A stretch of 64,000 nucleotides of DNA from Macrostomum lignano (GCA_002269645.1 NIVC01003357.1:38586-102585); one strand, 5' to 3'. Shown: positions 43,326 through 56,519, counted from the first letter of the stretch. Notes: generated from the letters alone by a model not told the origin. Translations and numbers: made by a program.

Positions 43326-44650
43326 CTGTGCTGTGACTCTTGGGGAGAATTACTGAGATGTCAAGGCTCACGGAGAATAACGGAGATGTGATGGATTACT
43401 GAGGTACTGAGGGATTTCTGAGATGTCAAGGCAAAAGTCAGAAGCTACATGTAGTTTATTCATTTTTTATTACATTCTTTGTTGGCTCGCTACGGGGGGG
43501 CGCTGATAGAAGAAGCGTAATGTAAAAAAGAAAAGTAGCACTATGTAGACATAAAAGAAGAGTCATGTCGAAGTTAAAAGATTCATTTGGGAATTGCTAC
43601 GATGTCAAGGCTTGGAGAGAATCGCTATAATGCTGTGATTCTTGGGCTAGAATCACTAAAATGTCAAGGCGTAGGGGAGAAGAATTGCTGAGATGTCAAG
43701 GCTTTAGGGTTAGGTTTAGGGTTAGATTTAGGTCAGGTTTAGGTTTAGGGTTGGGGTTTCAAGGTTGACAGGGGATTTTTCGGATTTCAAGGTTTATGGG
43801 GGGCATCGCTGAGATGACAAGGCTCACAAGGGATTGCTGAGGTTATTGCAAAGAAAAGCTGTAGTTTCGTTTAAACAGGTAGCTTATTCAAAAGTAGAAT
43901 AAAGCCTTCACAAAAGAAGCATCATGTCAGACATGAAGGAAGCGTCATGTAAAAAACGTCACATGAAACTGTATGCTGTGACTCTTGGGGAGAATTACTA
44001 TGATGTAAAAGCTTATAGGGGGGGGGGGGGGATAACTGAGATGTCAAGGCTAAGTCAGAAGCTACATGTAGTTTATTCAATTTTTTATTACATTCTTTGT
44101 TGGCTTGCCACGGGGGCACTGATAGAAGAAGCGTCATGTAATAAAAACGTAAGCATTATTTTAAAAAAATAATAGCTCACGGGGGGAATAGATGAGATGT
44201 CAAGGCTCACGGGGGAATAACTGAGATGTCAAGGCTAAAGTCAGAAGCTACATGTAGTTTATTGAAAACTTTTTATTACATTATTTGTTGCCTCCTCAGG
44301 GGAGGGATCGCTGATAGAAAAAGCGAAATGTAAAAGATAAAAGAAGCTTCATGTCGAAGTTAGGAGATTCATTTGGGAATCGCTATAACGCTGTCATGCT
44401 ATAATCACTCTTGGGGAGAATTACCGAAATGTCAATGATTTAGGGTTAGGGTTAGGGTTAGGGTCAGGGTTAGGGTTAGGGTTAGGGTTAGAAGGTTGAC
44501 AGATTTTTTAAGATTTCAAGGCTTATGGAGGGATTGCTGAGATGTCAAGGCTTACAAGGGACTGCTGAGGTATATTGCAAAGAGACGCTACATGTAGTTT
44601 ATTAAAAAAACTTGTACTGCGTTTTTGGCTCCCCAACGGGGGGCGCTGAT
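43325..44650 (+). repeat. Tandemly duplicated units of a dispersed repeat family with embedded telomere-type (TTAGGG)n tracts
   Basis: Recurrent GAGATGTCAAGGCT and GCTACATGTAGTTTATT blocks. TTAGGG-type tracts at about 43705-43757 (degenerate) and 44440-44491 (about 8 units). Homologous copy at 1-225. Confidence 0.8.
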
Positions 44651-45407
44651 TGCTATTCTATGCTAACGTTATTCCTTCATCATCATTGGTTGGGTCGGAT
44701 CCAGCATCGATGATTACGTCATTAGAGAATCGAGAGCGGTTGCTATAAACAGAATATAAGTAATTAATGAATGAAGAGAAGCGCAGGCAGGGCTGCTGCT
44801 CGCAGTCATAGATCACATGGCGGAGCGGGAGAAGCTGGCCAGCCGCATCTGTGGGAGGACCCGGAATTCCCCAGAGGGTGGGACGGACAGCCAAGTACCG
44901 GGTGGTGATTTGCTCTCACTGTATTTCTGCATGTATATTGGTTGCATGCGGGAGCTCAGGCAGCATTGAGAGCAAACTACCCGCGTTACATTGGCTAGGT
45001 GTCGCACTGCCGGACCCTGCGGAGAAAATAATGATTTTATATCAAGGCCAGCTCAGGGGGGGGGGGATAACGGCGAAAAACCGGGGAGCGCGCGAGACTG
45101 AAGAGAGAATAGGAAGATTCGATGGATCTGCTTCTCTTCCCTGCACTCCGCAGTCCGCACCCCCTCTGCCCCTGCCGTGTCAACTCCAGCCTATCAGAGC
45201 CGCCTCACTCTCCACTGGGACGGGGTGGCAGAGGAGGAGAGGAAACTGAAAAAGGGGCTGTTGTTGAAGAAAAAAGTGCCGGCAACTAGGAGAGACCCGC
45301 CTCCATCGTGGCTTGCCGCCTTGACGAACTGTCACGAGGCTTGGACGCTGGCTGCTCAACTTCCGGCTACTCAAAACTGATTCGCTTCATTAGCAAAGTA
45401 GCCAGCA

Positions 45408-45723
45408 ATGACAGCTGGAATGACCAACGACTGTCGGCTACCGGTTCTTCCGCTTCTCTTTCTGGCCGTCGCGATCCTCACGCCGCGGGCCATCGGCCGG
45501 GACCTGACCATCTCCGTCTTCCTGCCGGCCCTGCGGCACCGGGTGCCGGGCATGAGCCTCGAGGCGGCGCGGCCAGCTGTTGACGTCGCGTTGGAAACCG
45601 CCAGCTCTATGGGTCTGCTCACCGGCCTGAGGGTCCGCGTGGTGGCCAACGACAGCCAGTGCGACTACAAGGTGGCACCTGTGGTGGGACTGCTGCTGCT
45701 GCGCGAGGTTGACGTTATGCTGG
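45408..45723 (+). CDS. Receptor guanylyl cyclase (NPR1/NPR2-like), exon 1: signal peptide and ectodomain start
   Basis: Hydrophobic leader, AARPAVDVALE, NDSQCD, VDVMLG|. Donor G|GTGAGT, phase 1. Start at 45408 or 45420. Confidence 0.88.
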
Positions 45724-46307
45724 GTGAGTCAGCACTAGCAACTGGAGTCAATAATACAGGGAGTTGTTAGCCCGGGAGAAATCTGGAAAGTGCACACTAT
45801 TTTTTCAGCTGTTGTGTGCCAGCTTGCGATAGGCTCTGCTGCTGTTTCGAATAAGGGCCAAATTCCCCAGCTGGGGATCTTGGTGAGGCAGGGGGGGGGG
45901 GCTTGGTAATTTCTGGTAGTTGCACGGAACTCCGCATAGCGCTGGTGCAGCGAAGGGGATTAGCAGGGGTGACGTTCGCCCCGCTGGAGTTGCACACAGC
46001 GGGGGAGGAAGAGAAGAGAAAATAATTACTGTATGAAACGAAACGACAGCCGTTCGTCGGCCCAGCGAATTTGAGCTGAATTACTGCTAGTGGGGGGGGG
46101 GGGTTGGCGTCGCGGGACCAACGTTTTGAGTCAGACAGTGGAGGACAGACGAGAAGTCACGCAGCCACTAGCATACTCTTAGACTCACTTGCTCGGTTGG
46201 AGTTGGTTTCTGATCGGCTATTTTATTAACACCCAGATCGTTAACACTTGGAGATTTAGAGGCTTATTCATGTAACCGCAACAACAAAATTATTCAGAGT
46301 CACATTT

Positions 46308-46560
46308 TTACTTACCACTGACGGGGCTCATATCGCTACCCCAAGCTAAGAACAGAAAGGCGTTAGCCTTGGAGCTGCACCCACCCCTCGCCAGCGTCTG
46401 CGCTCTTCATCCGTCCTGAGTCCCGGACGAATGCGCGCAGTAGGTCACGGATCCGGTCCCTGGTGGTGAGCTCCTCCAGCCTTAGCGAGCGTCCGAGGTG
46501 GCGTCTCTGAGCCTTGTTGAAATGCGGGCAGAAGGTGACGAAGGGGCAGATTGGGAGAGA
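46308..46560 (-). mobile_element. Short 3' fragment of the LOA-like LINE family
   Basis: Encodes [16 protein letters not shown]...[11 protein letters not shown], homologous to 14150-14270. Ends CCCCGTCAGTGGTAAGTAA. Confidence 0.85.
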
Positions 46561-46663
46561 AACCACTTTGTAGTGAAATATGTCTCTGGAAGAAGCCATG
46601 GCCGGTAATGACCATCAGTTTTACTTACGGATGCAAAAGCTTTAAAAACACTCCCGTTGCCAG

Positions 46664-47092
46664 GCCCGTTCTGCTCATTCAGTCTGGCCGCGGTCGCCCG
46701 CTACAACGGCTACCATCTTTACCAGAAGCCCATCATCTCCTCAGGCGGGGCGGCCAGCGCTTTGGACAGCAAGACCGAGTATTTCAACCTTGTTCGCGTC
46801 GGCGCAATCAGCCAGAACCTGGAGAACATGCTGCTCTCGATATTTCGCTACTACAAATGGCCGCCAAGGCCTGTGCAGAGTCTCCTGCTAGTGCATGTAC
46901 CAGATGAGGTCAACACTCAGCCAGATTACAACACCCAGGAGCTGATGGCAGCCCAGGGCCGGCTAATGTGTAACGCGATTGAAAAGCGATTCAGCCACCA
47001 GAACAACTACATCGTCCGCAAGCTGCCGTACGCGCCAAACAATACGCACTTTCATCGCGAGGTGTTTCGAGTCATGCGAGACGAAGTTCGGA
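46664..47092 (+). CDS. Receptor guanylyl cyclase, exon 2 (ANF-receptor domain)
   Basis: CCAG|GC acceptor. GPFCSFSLAAVAR, PIISSGG, LDSKTEYFNLVRV. Donor CGG A|GTGCGT, phase 1. Confidence 0.9.
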
Positions 47093-47766
47093 GTGCGTTT
47101 CAACACCGAGAATAGAGTTTTACGGCTCGTATTTTTCAGAATTTCAGCGCTTTATCTGTCGCCGACTCAAAGTCCCAGCTCCGCGAGTATCTACCCCCAT
47201 GCCCTTCCATCGTCCATGGCTAATCAGATTTGCCATCTTCTCATTAGTTGGCAACTAATCCTCTCGTCCGCTTTGGATGACAGCTGGAGAGAAGCAAGGG
47301 AGTGAGAGGGAGAGAGAGATGGAAAATGGTCCGAGGATGGGAGGCCTGTCAAGCGAGCAGTGGAAAAAGAGGTGTCGACCCCCCATGGGGTTTGCGGCAT
47401 TCGCAATACGGACCTGCCTGCGTGTGCTCGCTTTCGGGAGATCCGCACATGGCCTGAACTTTTGCGCGCCTTCGAGCGGGAATCGGCCGCCCCCCACCCC
47501 GCCTTGGGCATATGATGGGTTGGGGATGGTGCTTGGCCCCATTCTCCTGCACGCAATCGGTCTTGGGGGTTGACGGAACTATTGCTCCCGTCTGACCTAT
47601 GTATAGTCGTTTCACATGCCGTATTGACTGGGCCCTGCTGGTCTGACCTGCCGACATCACCATGCGTTCATTCATTGTTTGCAGTTGAGCTGATGAGATT
47701 GACTATTGTATTTATATAGTATTTTAGCCAGCATGCCGGCTTGTATAAACTGTATACTGTTACTAG

Positions 47767-47840
47767 GGAGTTGTAGCTTATAGTGGTTAAGAGCGGCGGA
47801 CTCACGACTGAAAGGTTGGGGGTTCGATTCTCTTTGAATT
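47767..47840 (+). other. tRNA-derived pseudogene or SINE head
   Basis: A-box-like TAGCTTATAGTGGTTAAGAGC and B-box GGTTCGATTC with tRNA spacing. Acceptor and anticodon stems do not pair properly. Confidence 0.55.
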
Positions 47841-47871
47841 GGTTTGATGGGGTTCAGCATTAGCTGGGGTA

Positions 47872-48027
47872 CTTACTTACTTACTACTGACGGGGGGCGC
47901 AGGCGCCGCGAATAGGCCGCGAGGCCCCTATCGCAACCCCAAGGTGGGGTAATTGAGGGTGTGTGGCGACCCCCCAGTCCTTGGACAATAGCTGCGGCTG
48001 AGCTGTCGGTTGCACATCTGGCCCAAT
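47872..48027 (-). mobile_element. About 156-bp 5'-truncated LINE 3' end with probable TSD
   Basis: Reverse complement of the 14360-14426 tail (GGGGTTGC.ATAGGGG.CTCG.GGCCTATTCG.GGCGCCTGCGCCCCCCGTCAGTAGTAAGTAAG). TGGGGTA at 47865-47871 and 48028-48034. Confidence 0.85.
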
Positions 48028-48091
48028 TGGGGTAGGTGTAATCAATAATGATTATTATATGCTCTAAAACATTCCTGTTGTTGCACTGCAG

Positions 48092-48203
48092 TTGTGGTGC
48101 TGTGCGCTGACCCAGACACAGTCAGGGACATCATGATCAAGGCCTACGAACACGGCTTCATCAATGGCGAGTACGTCTTCTTCAACATCGATCTGTTTAG
48201 CAG
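48092..48203 (+). CDS. Receptor guanylyl cyclase, exon 3 (IVVLCADPDTVRDIMIKAYEHGFINGEYVFFNIDLFS)
   Basis: CTGCAG acceptor (phase 1), GTAATT donor (phase 2). Classic NPR motif. Absent from the ORF track because it is short. Confidence 0.92.
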
Positions 48204-48684
48204 GTAATTTTTTAAAGTGTTTTTTGCACTCTTCTCACACATTGCGCTCTCGAATAAGCTTCTATCCTTTAATGGCGATGCAGGCTATAACTAATTCAAT
48301 TTCATCCACCATTTTTTCCACTACTCTTTGAGAAGTCTACCTACTTTAATTAAAAAATGCATTATGAATCAGAAGTTCAATTTCATGAATTCATTAGGAG
48401 CCATGAGATTCTTTAATGCCCCTTTCCGTTTCAGTACATTCACTTGAAAAAAAGGGAATATTTTTAATTTAGCACGCAAATCCTTTTTAAAAACTAAATC
48501 AGCAATCGTTTAGCACAGGGGTTAGAGGAAAGGAGAGGGAATGGAGGAGAGAAGAGAGGGGAGAGGCTATAATTGATAGATAAGAGATGAAATAAGAGAT
48601 GAGAGATGAGTTTATAGATGAACGGAGAGAAAATGACATGAGAGAGAGAGGAAGAGAGAAGAGAGCTGAGAACAGACACAAACC

Positions 48685-49124
48685 CAAGGACTAATCCTTG
48701 GAAAGTTTTAGGAGGCAGGTTTCTTACCGAAAAAATAGATTTCGGAGATAGGATGTTTTTAATTGTTTCAGCTCAAGAACTGTTATTGCTTTTGATAGTA
48801 GGGAGACCTCGTGTTCAGCTTTGGATATGCTTTGAGTTTCCTACAGCTCTATTGATATTCATCAACCATTTTAGCGGTTTTTAGACACAGGACATGTACA
48901 ATTGTACGTAGAACATAAAATGACATTCGAATGCTAATTTTCTGAACGAAAAACGTTATGAGTATCAATAGAGCTATAATAAACACAATACAAATCAAAA
49001 GCAATAACAATTTTTGTGCTGAAAAAACCAAAACTTTCTAGCTACGTAATGTATTTCTTCCTAGCCTCCTAAAAAGTTCTAAGAAACACAGCTTTCCGTT
49101 CTTCTAATACTTGAGCAGTCCTTG
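48685..49124. mobile_element. Second, diverged member of the CAAGG..CCTTG MITE family (440 bp)
   Basis: Starts CAAGGAC and ends GTCCTTG. TSD CACAAACC at 48677-48684 and 49125-49132. Shares AAAAGCAATAACAATTTTTGTGCTGAAAAA with 3545-3985. Confidence 0.85.
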
Positions 49125-49430
49125 CACAAACCTTGATCGGGGCCCTGGTTTAGCATACCTATAGCATAGTGGCGTAAGTAGGGATCACGAGCTCAATACT
49201 TCTGTAATTTATATCTCCCCTGCATTCAGCAGCCGAGGAACTGGTAGCACTGCCTTCAGTTGGAGAAGTGGAAGACAGACAGGAAAATATCTTCGCAGCG
49301 CAACCGGACCTCACCCCTGCACTATTAGGGCTTCCTCTATTTCAAATCCCTTCAAAAAAGTGTGGGCAGCTTATGCGACCTTCCATTACACATCAGGATT
49401 TTCTTCCTTCATCAGCTTTCTCGCCTCCAG

Positions 49431-49564
<134 letters not shown>

Positions 49565-50615
49565 TGAGACCCAGAATGGACAGAAAGGAAAGACACCGCA
49601 TGGCATGGAACACCGCTTTCGGCTGCAGCTGAGGTATAAAGAGAGGATACAACTGCCAGCACACCGGACCTCGGGTTCAATTTAAGTCAGTTCCAATGTT
49701 GAACGCCTGTCTGCCATGTCTGCCTTCGTGCCGACCAGGGATATTCGGCGTTGAACTTGGTTAACAAACCCATGCACAATTCTATATATGCATTGTTGTT
49801 GAGGTCACAAGAAGGTTATGACATGTACATCGAGTCAGTTGACAAACATGATGATGCGGACCATCTAGTTTGAAAAGCGGTGCTAAAGACGCAGAGGTTA
49901 ATGCTAGTAAACAATGAGTGTTCACAACCCCCAAACTGGGCAACTATAGTACAAGATTACAGAAATACAACTTGTTTTTGTTATCAACAAGCAATCAGCA
50001 AACCTGCTCTTTGAAAGAGAATTAGTACTATTACATCTGCACTCAGCTCCCGGGGTTGTTTTTCAACTCATGCAGATGTTGTGCATTTGAAAAGCCGCTT
50101 GGGCACTAATATTGTAAACAGACTCAGCTCTGCTAATCTCCATGCGGAGTCCGTCGCAAGTAGGCTCAGTGCAAAATCACGGAAGAAAGAAAGCATCAAT
50201 CAGTGCCAAGTGAGGGAAGGATAAGAGAGACGGAGAGAGGAGAGAGCATTTTATGCCGCTATAAAATCGCCTTCCATGCGTGGGCTGTAAAATCTAGACT
50301 CTGAAATTTTATTTTAGAGAGAAGGCCTGTGCGGCAGGCGATTTCGGCAGGTTATACAGCCCCGGCCCAGAATTTTGGCTTTGAATTAAGAGAGCCGCTT
50401 GAAGCCTCCCATTACTGGCCTGAGTACATTTGACCCGGAAAATTATGCACGCGTGCAGCGCAACACAGATTTGAGTCGGCTCAGAGCCAACTGGGCAGCA
50501 TGCAATGTACGAAAATTCTATTCTGAAGTAAACTGCTTATTACACATTCTTTAAGGATCAGGATTTTAGTTGAAAAAGCTACCAAACTGTTGTCTCCCGA
50601 CCTTCCTCTCTACAG

Positions 50616-51181
50616 CGAGCAGCTGACTGCGCGGCCGTGGCACAGAAGCAGCGACACCGACAGCAACAATCAGGCGGCCGCCATCGCCTACCGGACGCTC
50701 CTGACCGTCACTCTTCGCCGTGCAGCTGGCGACCGCTACGCGGAGTTCAGCAGGCGGGTCCGAGAGCGCGCCAAAGCTGACTACGGCCTGGCCGACTATC
50801 CAGACGGTCAGGTGAACAGCTTCGTTGGCGCAATCCACGATGCGGTGCTGCTGTACGCTTTGGCAGTCAATGACACCCTGGCGGAGTTCGGCCCGGCCGG
50901 CCTCTCCAACGGCACGCTGGTCACCGAGAGGATGCGGAACCGCACCTTCGCCGGCATCACTGGCCTGGTGAGCATGAACGACAACGCTGACCGGGATGCG
51001 GACTACTCGCTGCTGGACATGGACCCGGCCACGCTGAACTTCACCGTTGTGGCCAATTATCACGGCGGCGAGAAGCGCTACGTGCCTGTGAAGGATAAGC
51101 GCATCGATTGGTACAACCGGAACAACAGGCCGCCGCCTGATGTACCGGAGTGCGGCTTCCGGAATTCCAAATGTAGCAAAG
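50616..51181 (+). CDS. Receptor guanylyl cyclase, exon 4 (C-terminal ectodomain and juxtamembrane Cys)
   Basis: AYRTLLTVT, NSFVGAIHDAVLLYALA, RNRTFAGITGLVSMNDNADRDADYSLLD, PPPDVPECGF. Phases 2/1. Confidence 0.93.
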
Positions 51182-51199
51182 GTGAGGAATCTCAGCCCT

Positions 51200-52410
51200 G
51201 TGGAATGGGCTGGGTTGGCTGGAGTGGGATGGGTGGAATGGATTGGATTGGGTAGAATGGAGTGGATTGTGTGGAATGGAGTGGATTGGATTGGATTGGT
51301 GGAATCAGTTAGATTGTGTGGAATGGAGTGGATTGTGTGGAATGGAGTGGATTGTGTGGAATGGAGTGGATTGTGTGGAATGGAGTGGATTGTGTGGAAT
51401 GGAGTGGATTGTGTGGAATGGAGTGGATTGTGTGGAATGGAGTGGATTGTGTGGAATGGAGTGGATTGTGTGGAATGGAGTGGATTGTGTGGAATGGAGT
51501 GGATTGTGTGGAATGGAGTGGATTGTGTGGAATGGAGTGGATTGTGTGGAATGGAGTGGATTGTGTGGAAAGGAGTGGATTGGGTGGAATGGAGTGGATT
51601 GTGTGGAAAGGAGTGGATTGGGTGGAATGGAGTGGATTGGGTGGAAAGGAGTGGATTGTGTGGAATGGAGTGGATTGTGTGGAATGGAGTGGATTGTGTG
51701 GAATGGAGTGGATTGTGTGGAATGGAGTGGATTGGGTGGAATGGAGTGGATTGTGTGGAATGGAGTGGATTGTGTAGAATGGAGTGGATTGTGTGGAATG
51801 GAGTGGATTGTGTGGAATGTAGTGGATTGTGTGGAATGGAGTGGATTGTGTGAAAAGGAGTGGATTGTGTGGAATGGAGTGGATTGTGTGGAATGGAGTG
51901 GATTGTGTGGAATGGAGTGGATTGGGTGGAATGGAGTGGATTGGGTGGAAAGGAGTGGATTGTGTGGAATGGAGTGGATTGGGTGGAAAGGAGTGGATTG
52001 TGTGGAATGGAGTGGATTGTGTGGAATGGAGTGGATTGGGTGGAATGGAGTGGATTGTGTGGAATGGAGTGGATTGTGTAGAATGGAGTGGATTGTGTGG
52101 AATGGAGTGGATTGTGTGAAAAGGAGTGGATTGTGTGGAATGGAGTGGATTGTGTGGAATGGAGTGGATTGTGTGGAATGGAGTGGATTGTGTGGAATGG
52201 AGTGGATTGGGTGAAATGGAGTGGATTCGGTGGGATGGAGTGGATCGGGTGGGATGGAGTGGATTGGGTGAAATGGAGTGGATTCGGTGGGATGGAGTGG
52301 ATCGGGTGGGATGGAGTGGATTGGGTGAAATGGAGTGGATTCGGTGGGATGGAGTGGATCGGGTGGGATGGAGTGGATTGGGTGAAATGGAGTGGATTCG
52401 GTGGGATGGA
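51200..52410. repeat. 19-bp GGAAT-containing minisatellite (GTGGAATGGAGTGGATTGT)n with a 57-bp higher-order repeat at its right end
   Basis: Period 19. From about 52200 three variant monomers repeat as a trimer. Confidence 0.95.
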
Positions 52411-52853
52411 TATTGTGGAGCGGTTTGCATCGGGTGAGCTGGCAGCTACACAGTACTAGCACTTTAGATGTGCAAACCTCTTGATGAGCAATTCTTGCAC
52501 GGTAAAGTACATAACTAAATGACACTCGTATTTTCAAGGAGGAAGATATTGATTTTGCTAACCATTTTTACTGCTTCAATAGAACCCCGGTTGGCACTGA
52601 ATGCTTATCCCTCTCTGTCTTCCAGCCAAGTGGAAGTCCCGCTGATCAGTTGATTTGAAGTGCTCACTGTTCCTACGGTCGTGCTCCAGAATAGACGGAT
52701 CTGTCTCACCCGGAACCCCCCTCCCTAGAATTGCTAACCCTTGGAAGTAAATTAAAGTCATCGATCAGTGCAGAGGTCCCTCCTATCGATAGATGGAGTG
52801 AAAGAGAGAGGAAGGCGGATGGGAAAGCTAAAAGCGGGGCCGCTTTTTCGATC

Positions 52854-53208
<355 letters not shown>

Positions 53209-54156
53209 CTGACAGAGTTATTTGAAAGAGCTGCACTGCACATCAAAGCACTGTTGGCATTAACCTGAGCTGTCATTGGATAGACTATGTAGTCAATGCA
53301 GTCAATGCAGCAAGAGTCAGAAGTTCGAACTCATTGAATTTTTTAGCTCCATCAGAGGACTTGAAAGACTGCTGTGCGTCTCCGATATCCCTTTCTGTCT
53401 CTGCCTGCTCTCTCCTCTTCTCGTAGAGCTGACCGGCAAGCATCGCAGTGACTGGTTTGGGCATCACGCCCCCCCCGACCTAAGGCCCGTAGCCCCAGCC
53501 AATTTTTCCTCCTAATTAACTGGGGATTTAGCCAGATTTCCCACTTCGATACTTCAAAGGCGGATAGGGGAAGAGGGAGAAGAGAGGGGGGCAGACAGTC
53601 GGCAGTCTGTCAGCAGCGGTAGTTGTCGCGGGCCAGCGAGTCCTCGGGGAGAGAGGGTGGATTTTGCGAGAGTCCAAGAAAGAGAAGTTGCGGAATTGAA
53701 TAGGTTTGACAATCGCAGATCCCCCCCCCCAGCCCAGCCATATTGAAATCGCCGAGTTTTGCGGCAGCAAAAGAAATATGGGTAGATTTTTCACAAAAAA
53801 TTTAAAGAAATAGAAGCCGCCTTCTAAAGAAATAGAACGCTTCCTGGCACGCAATGGGAATCAATTTCGGCGGGGTGTTCAATCTTCCTTTCATATTGGG
53901 AGCCGCCCAACCTCTGCAGCAGCTGAAAGCAGAACCCGACCGCTGCTCAGCGCTCAGGATAATCAATTTTGTTCTGTTTCTGTATAGGACGATCACGTTT
54001 CACTTGGGAACCCCAGGATGCTGTGCTGTTGTGCCTCGGTTGAACAGATGAAGCTGTGCAGATTCTCAATATCAGCTGGTCTTTTGTAGCTGATGGAGCC
54101 ATGCCGCACTACTGCTCACTGCATTTTAAATGCGATACACTTTTAATGAAGATGGC

Positions 54157-54590
54157 AGTGATGGGGTGACAGTGATGGGGTGACAGTGATGGGGTGACAG
54201 TGATGGGGTGACAGTGATGGGGTGACAGTGATGGGGTGACAGTGATGGGGTGACAGTGATGGGGTGACAGTGATGGGGTGACAGTGATGGGGTGACAGTG
54301 ATGGGGTGACAGTGATGGGGTGACAGTGATGGGGTGACAGTGATGGGGTGACAGTGATGGGGTGACAGTGATGGGGTGACAGTGATGGGGTGACAGTGAT
54401 GGGGTGACAGTGATGGGGTGACAGTGATGGGGTGACAGTGATGGGGTGACAGTGATGGGGTGACAGTGATGGGGTGACAGTGATGGGGTGACAGTGATGG
54501 GGTGACAGTGATGGGGTGACAGTGATGGGGTGACAGTGATGGGGTGACAGTGATGGGGTGACAGTGATGGGGTGACAGTGATGGGGTGAC
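54157..54590. repeat. 14-bp minisatellite (GACAGTGATGGGGT)n
   Basis: About 31 perfect units. Confidence 0.97.
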
Positions 54591-54680
54591 GGGCTGAGAA
54601 GGATGTGATGAGACGCTACTGCACGGGGAACCGAATGCAAGTTTGCAAAGCTGATTGCTTGTGTCTGATTTTCATTCCAG

Positions 54681-55167
54681 ATCTGTCTCAGGTTGCCAAG
54701 TACGCGGTTGCGGTTCTGCTGGTGCTGATCTGCGTCCTGGCAGTCCTTGTGCTGCTGATCTACCGCCGGCTCCGTCTGGAGAGCGAACTTCAGACCATGA
54801 ATTGGCGCATCTCCTGGAGCGAGCTGGTGCCACCTGGCGACAGGCTGGCTGCTCTCGCCGCTGCAGCCGAGGCCGCCGACGTCGAGGCCCTGTCGACTGG
54901 AGGCGGCGGCGGAGCTTTCACGGCGGCTTCAAGGCGCCGACGAAGGCACAATCAGTGTGACAACAACGATGGTCACTGCGGCGGCGGCGTCTGCTGCCCG
55001 GAGGACCTCGAGGCGGTCAGCCTGGTGTCGCAGGACACCATCGCCGGAGTGCCAATCAGCCGGGTGCCGGCGGCCCAGCTGTTCACCCGCACCGCCTACT
55101 ATAAAGGCAGCCTGGTGGCGCTGAAGCAGCTGCCAGCCAGGAGCAAACGGCTGGAGTTGAATCACAA
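54681..55167 (+). CDS. Receptor guanylyl cyclase, exon 5 (TM helix, juxtamembrane region, start of kinase-homology domain)
   Basis: YAVAVLLVLICVLAVLVLLIYRR TM, LESELQTMNWRISWSEL, LFTRTAYYKGSLVALK. Phases 1/2. Confidence 0.92.
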
Positions 55168-55284
55168 GTAGGCCGTGTACTTTTAGTTGCTGCATCATAT
55201 TTTGAGTTCCACTGCAGCGTTTCGTACAGTTTCATTGTGTTCAAAATTTTAGTTCCGGTTGTTGGACAGGCTCCAGTTTTGTTG

Positions 55285-55606
55285 TGGTGTGTTTACAATT
55301 AGAGTTCCTGTGTGTTTACAATTTGAGTTCCGGTGTGTTTACAAGTTGAGTTCCTGTGTGTTTACAATTTGAGTTCCGGTGTGTTTACAAGTTGAGTTCC
55401 GGTGTGTTTACAAGTTGAGTTCCGGTGTGTTTACAAGTTGAGTTCCGGTGTGTTTACAGTTTGAGTTCCGGTGTGTTTACAATTTGAGTTCCGGTGTGTT
55501 TACAAGTTGAGTTCCGGTGTGTTTACAGTTTGTGTTCCGGTGTGTTTATAAGTTGAGTTCCGGTATGTTTACAGTTTGAGTTCCGGTGTGTTTACAGTTT
55601 GAGTTG
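55285..55606. repeat. 23-bp minisatellite (TTTACAAGTTGAGTTCCGGTGTG)n
   Basis: About 14 units ending about 35 nt before the exon 6 acceptor. Confidence 0.93.
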
Positions 55607-55642
55607 CGATGAACCGCCCATCACGTTCAATCCACCCCGCAG

Positions 55643-55841
55643 GCTGCTATTGGAGGTGAAGCGAGTCAAGGACCTCGCCTCCGACAACATCGTCCGCTTT
55701 ATCGGCGCCTGCCTGGACCCACCGAACGAATACCTGGTGACCGAGTACTGCCCCAAGGGCTCCCTGCAGGACATTCTGGAGAATGACAACATCAGATTGG
55801 ACTGGATGTTCAAATTCTCACTAATGCTGGACATATGCAGG
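55643..55841 (+). CDS. Receptor guanylyl cyclase, exon 6 (kinase-homology domain)
   Basis: NIVRFIGACLDPP, LVTEYCPKGSLQDILEN, LDWMFKFSL. GTAAGA donor, phase 0. Confidence 0.95.
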
Positions 55842-55858
55842 GTAAGAGCAAAGTTCTG

Positions 55859-56332
<474 letters not shown>

Positions 56333-56350
56333 TTACAATCAACTCCGCAG

Positions 56351-56519
56351 GGCATGATCTACCTGCATCAGAGCTTCGGGCCGCATGGAAATCTGAAGTC
56401 GTCCAACTGTCTGGTGGACTCGAGGTTCAGCTTGAAGATCGCGGACTTCGGCCTGCGATCGCTGCGCGGAGGCCGTGAACAGAAGGAGAAGGAGGCGGAC
56501 ACCTATGCCGCTTTCAGGA
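56351..56519 (+). CDS. Receptor guanylyl cyclase, exon 7
   Basis: [30 protein letters not shown] (pseudokinase catalytic loop). Phases 0/1. Confidence 0.95.

Noticed and set aside
47767-47840. Functional tRNA gene
   Set aside because: Acceptor and anticodon stems do not pair; kept only as a tRNA-derived remnant.
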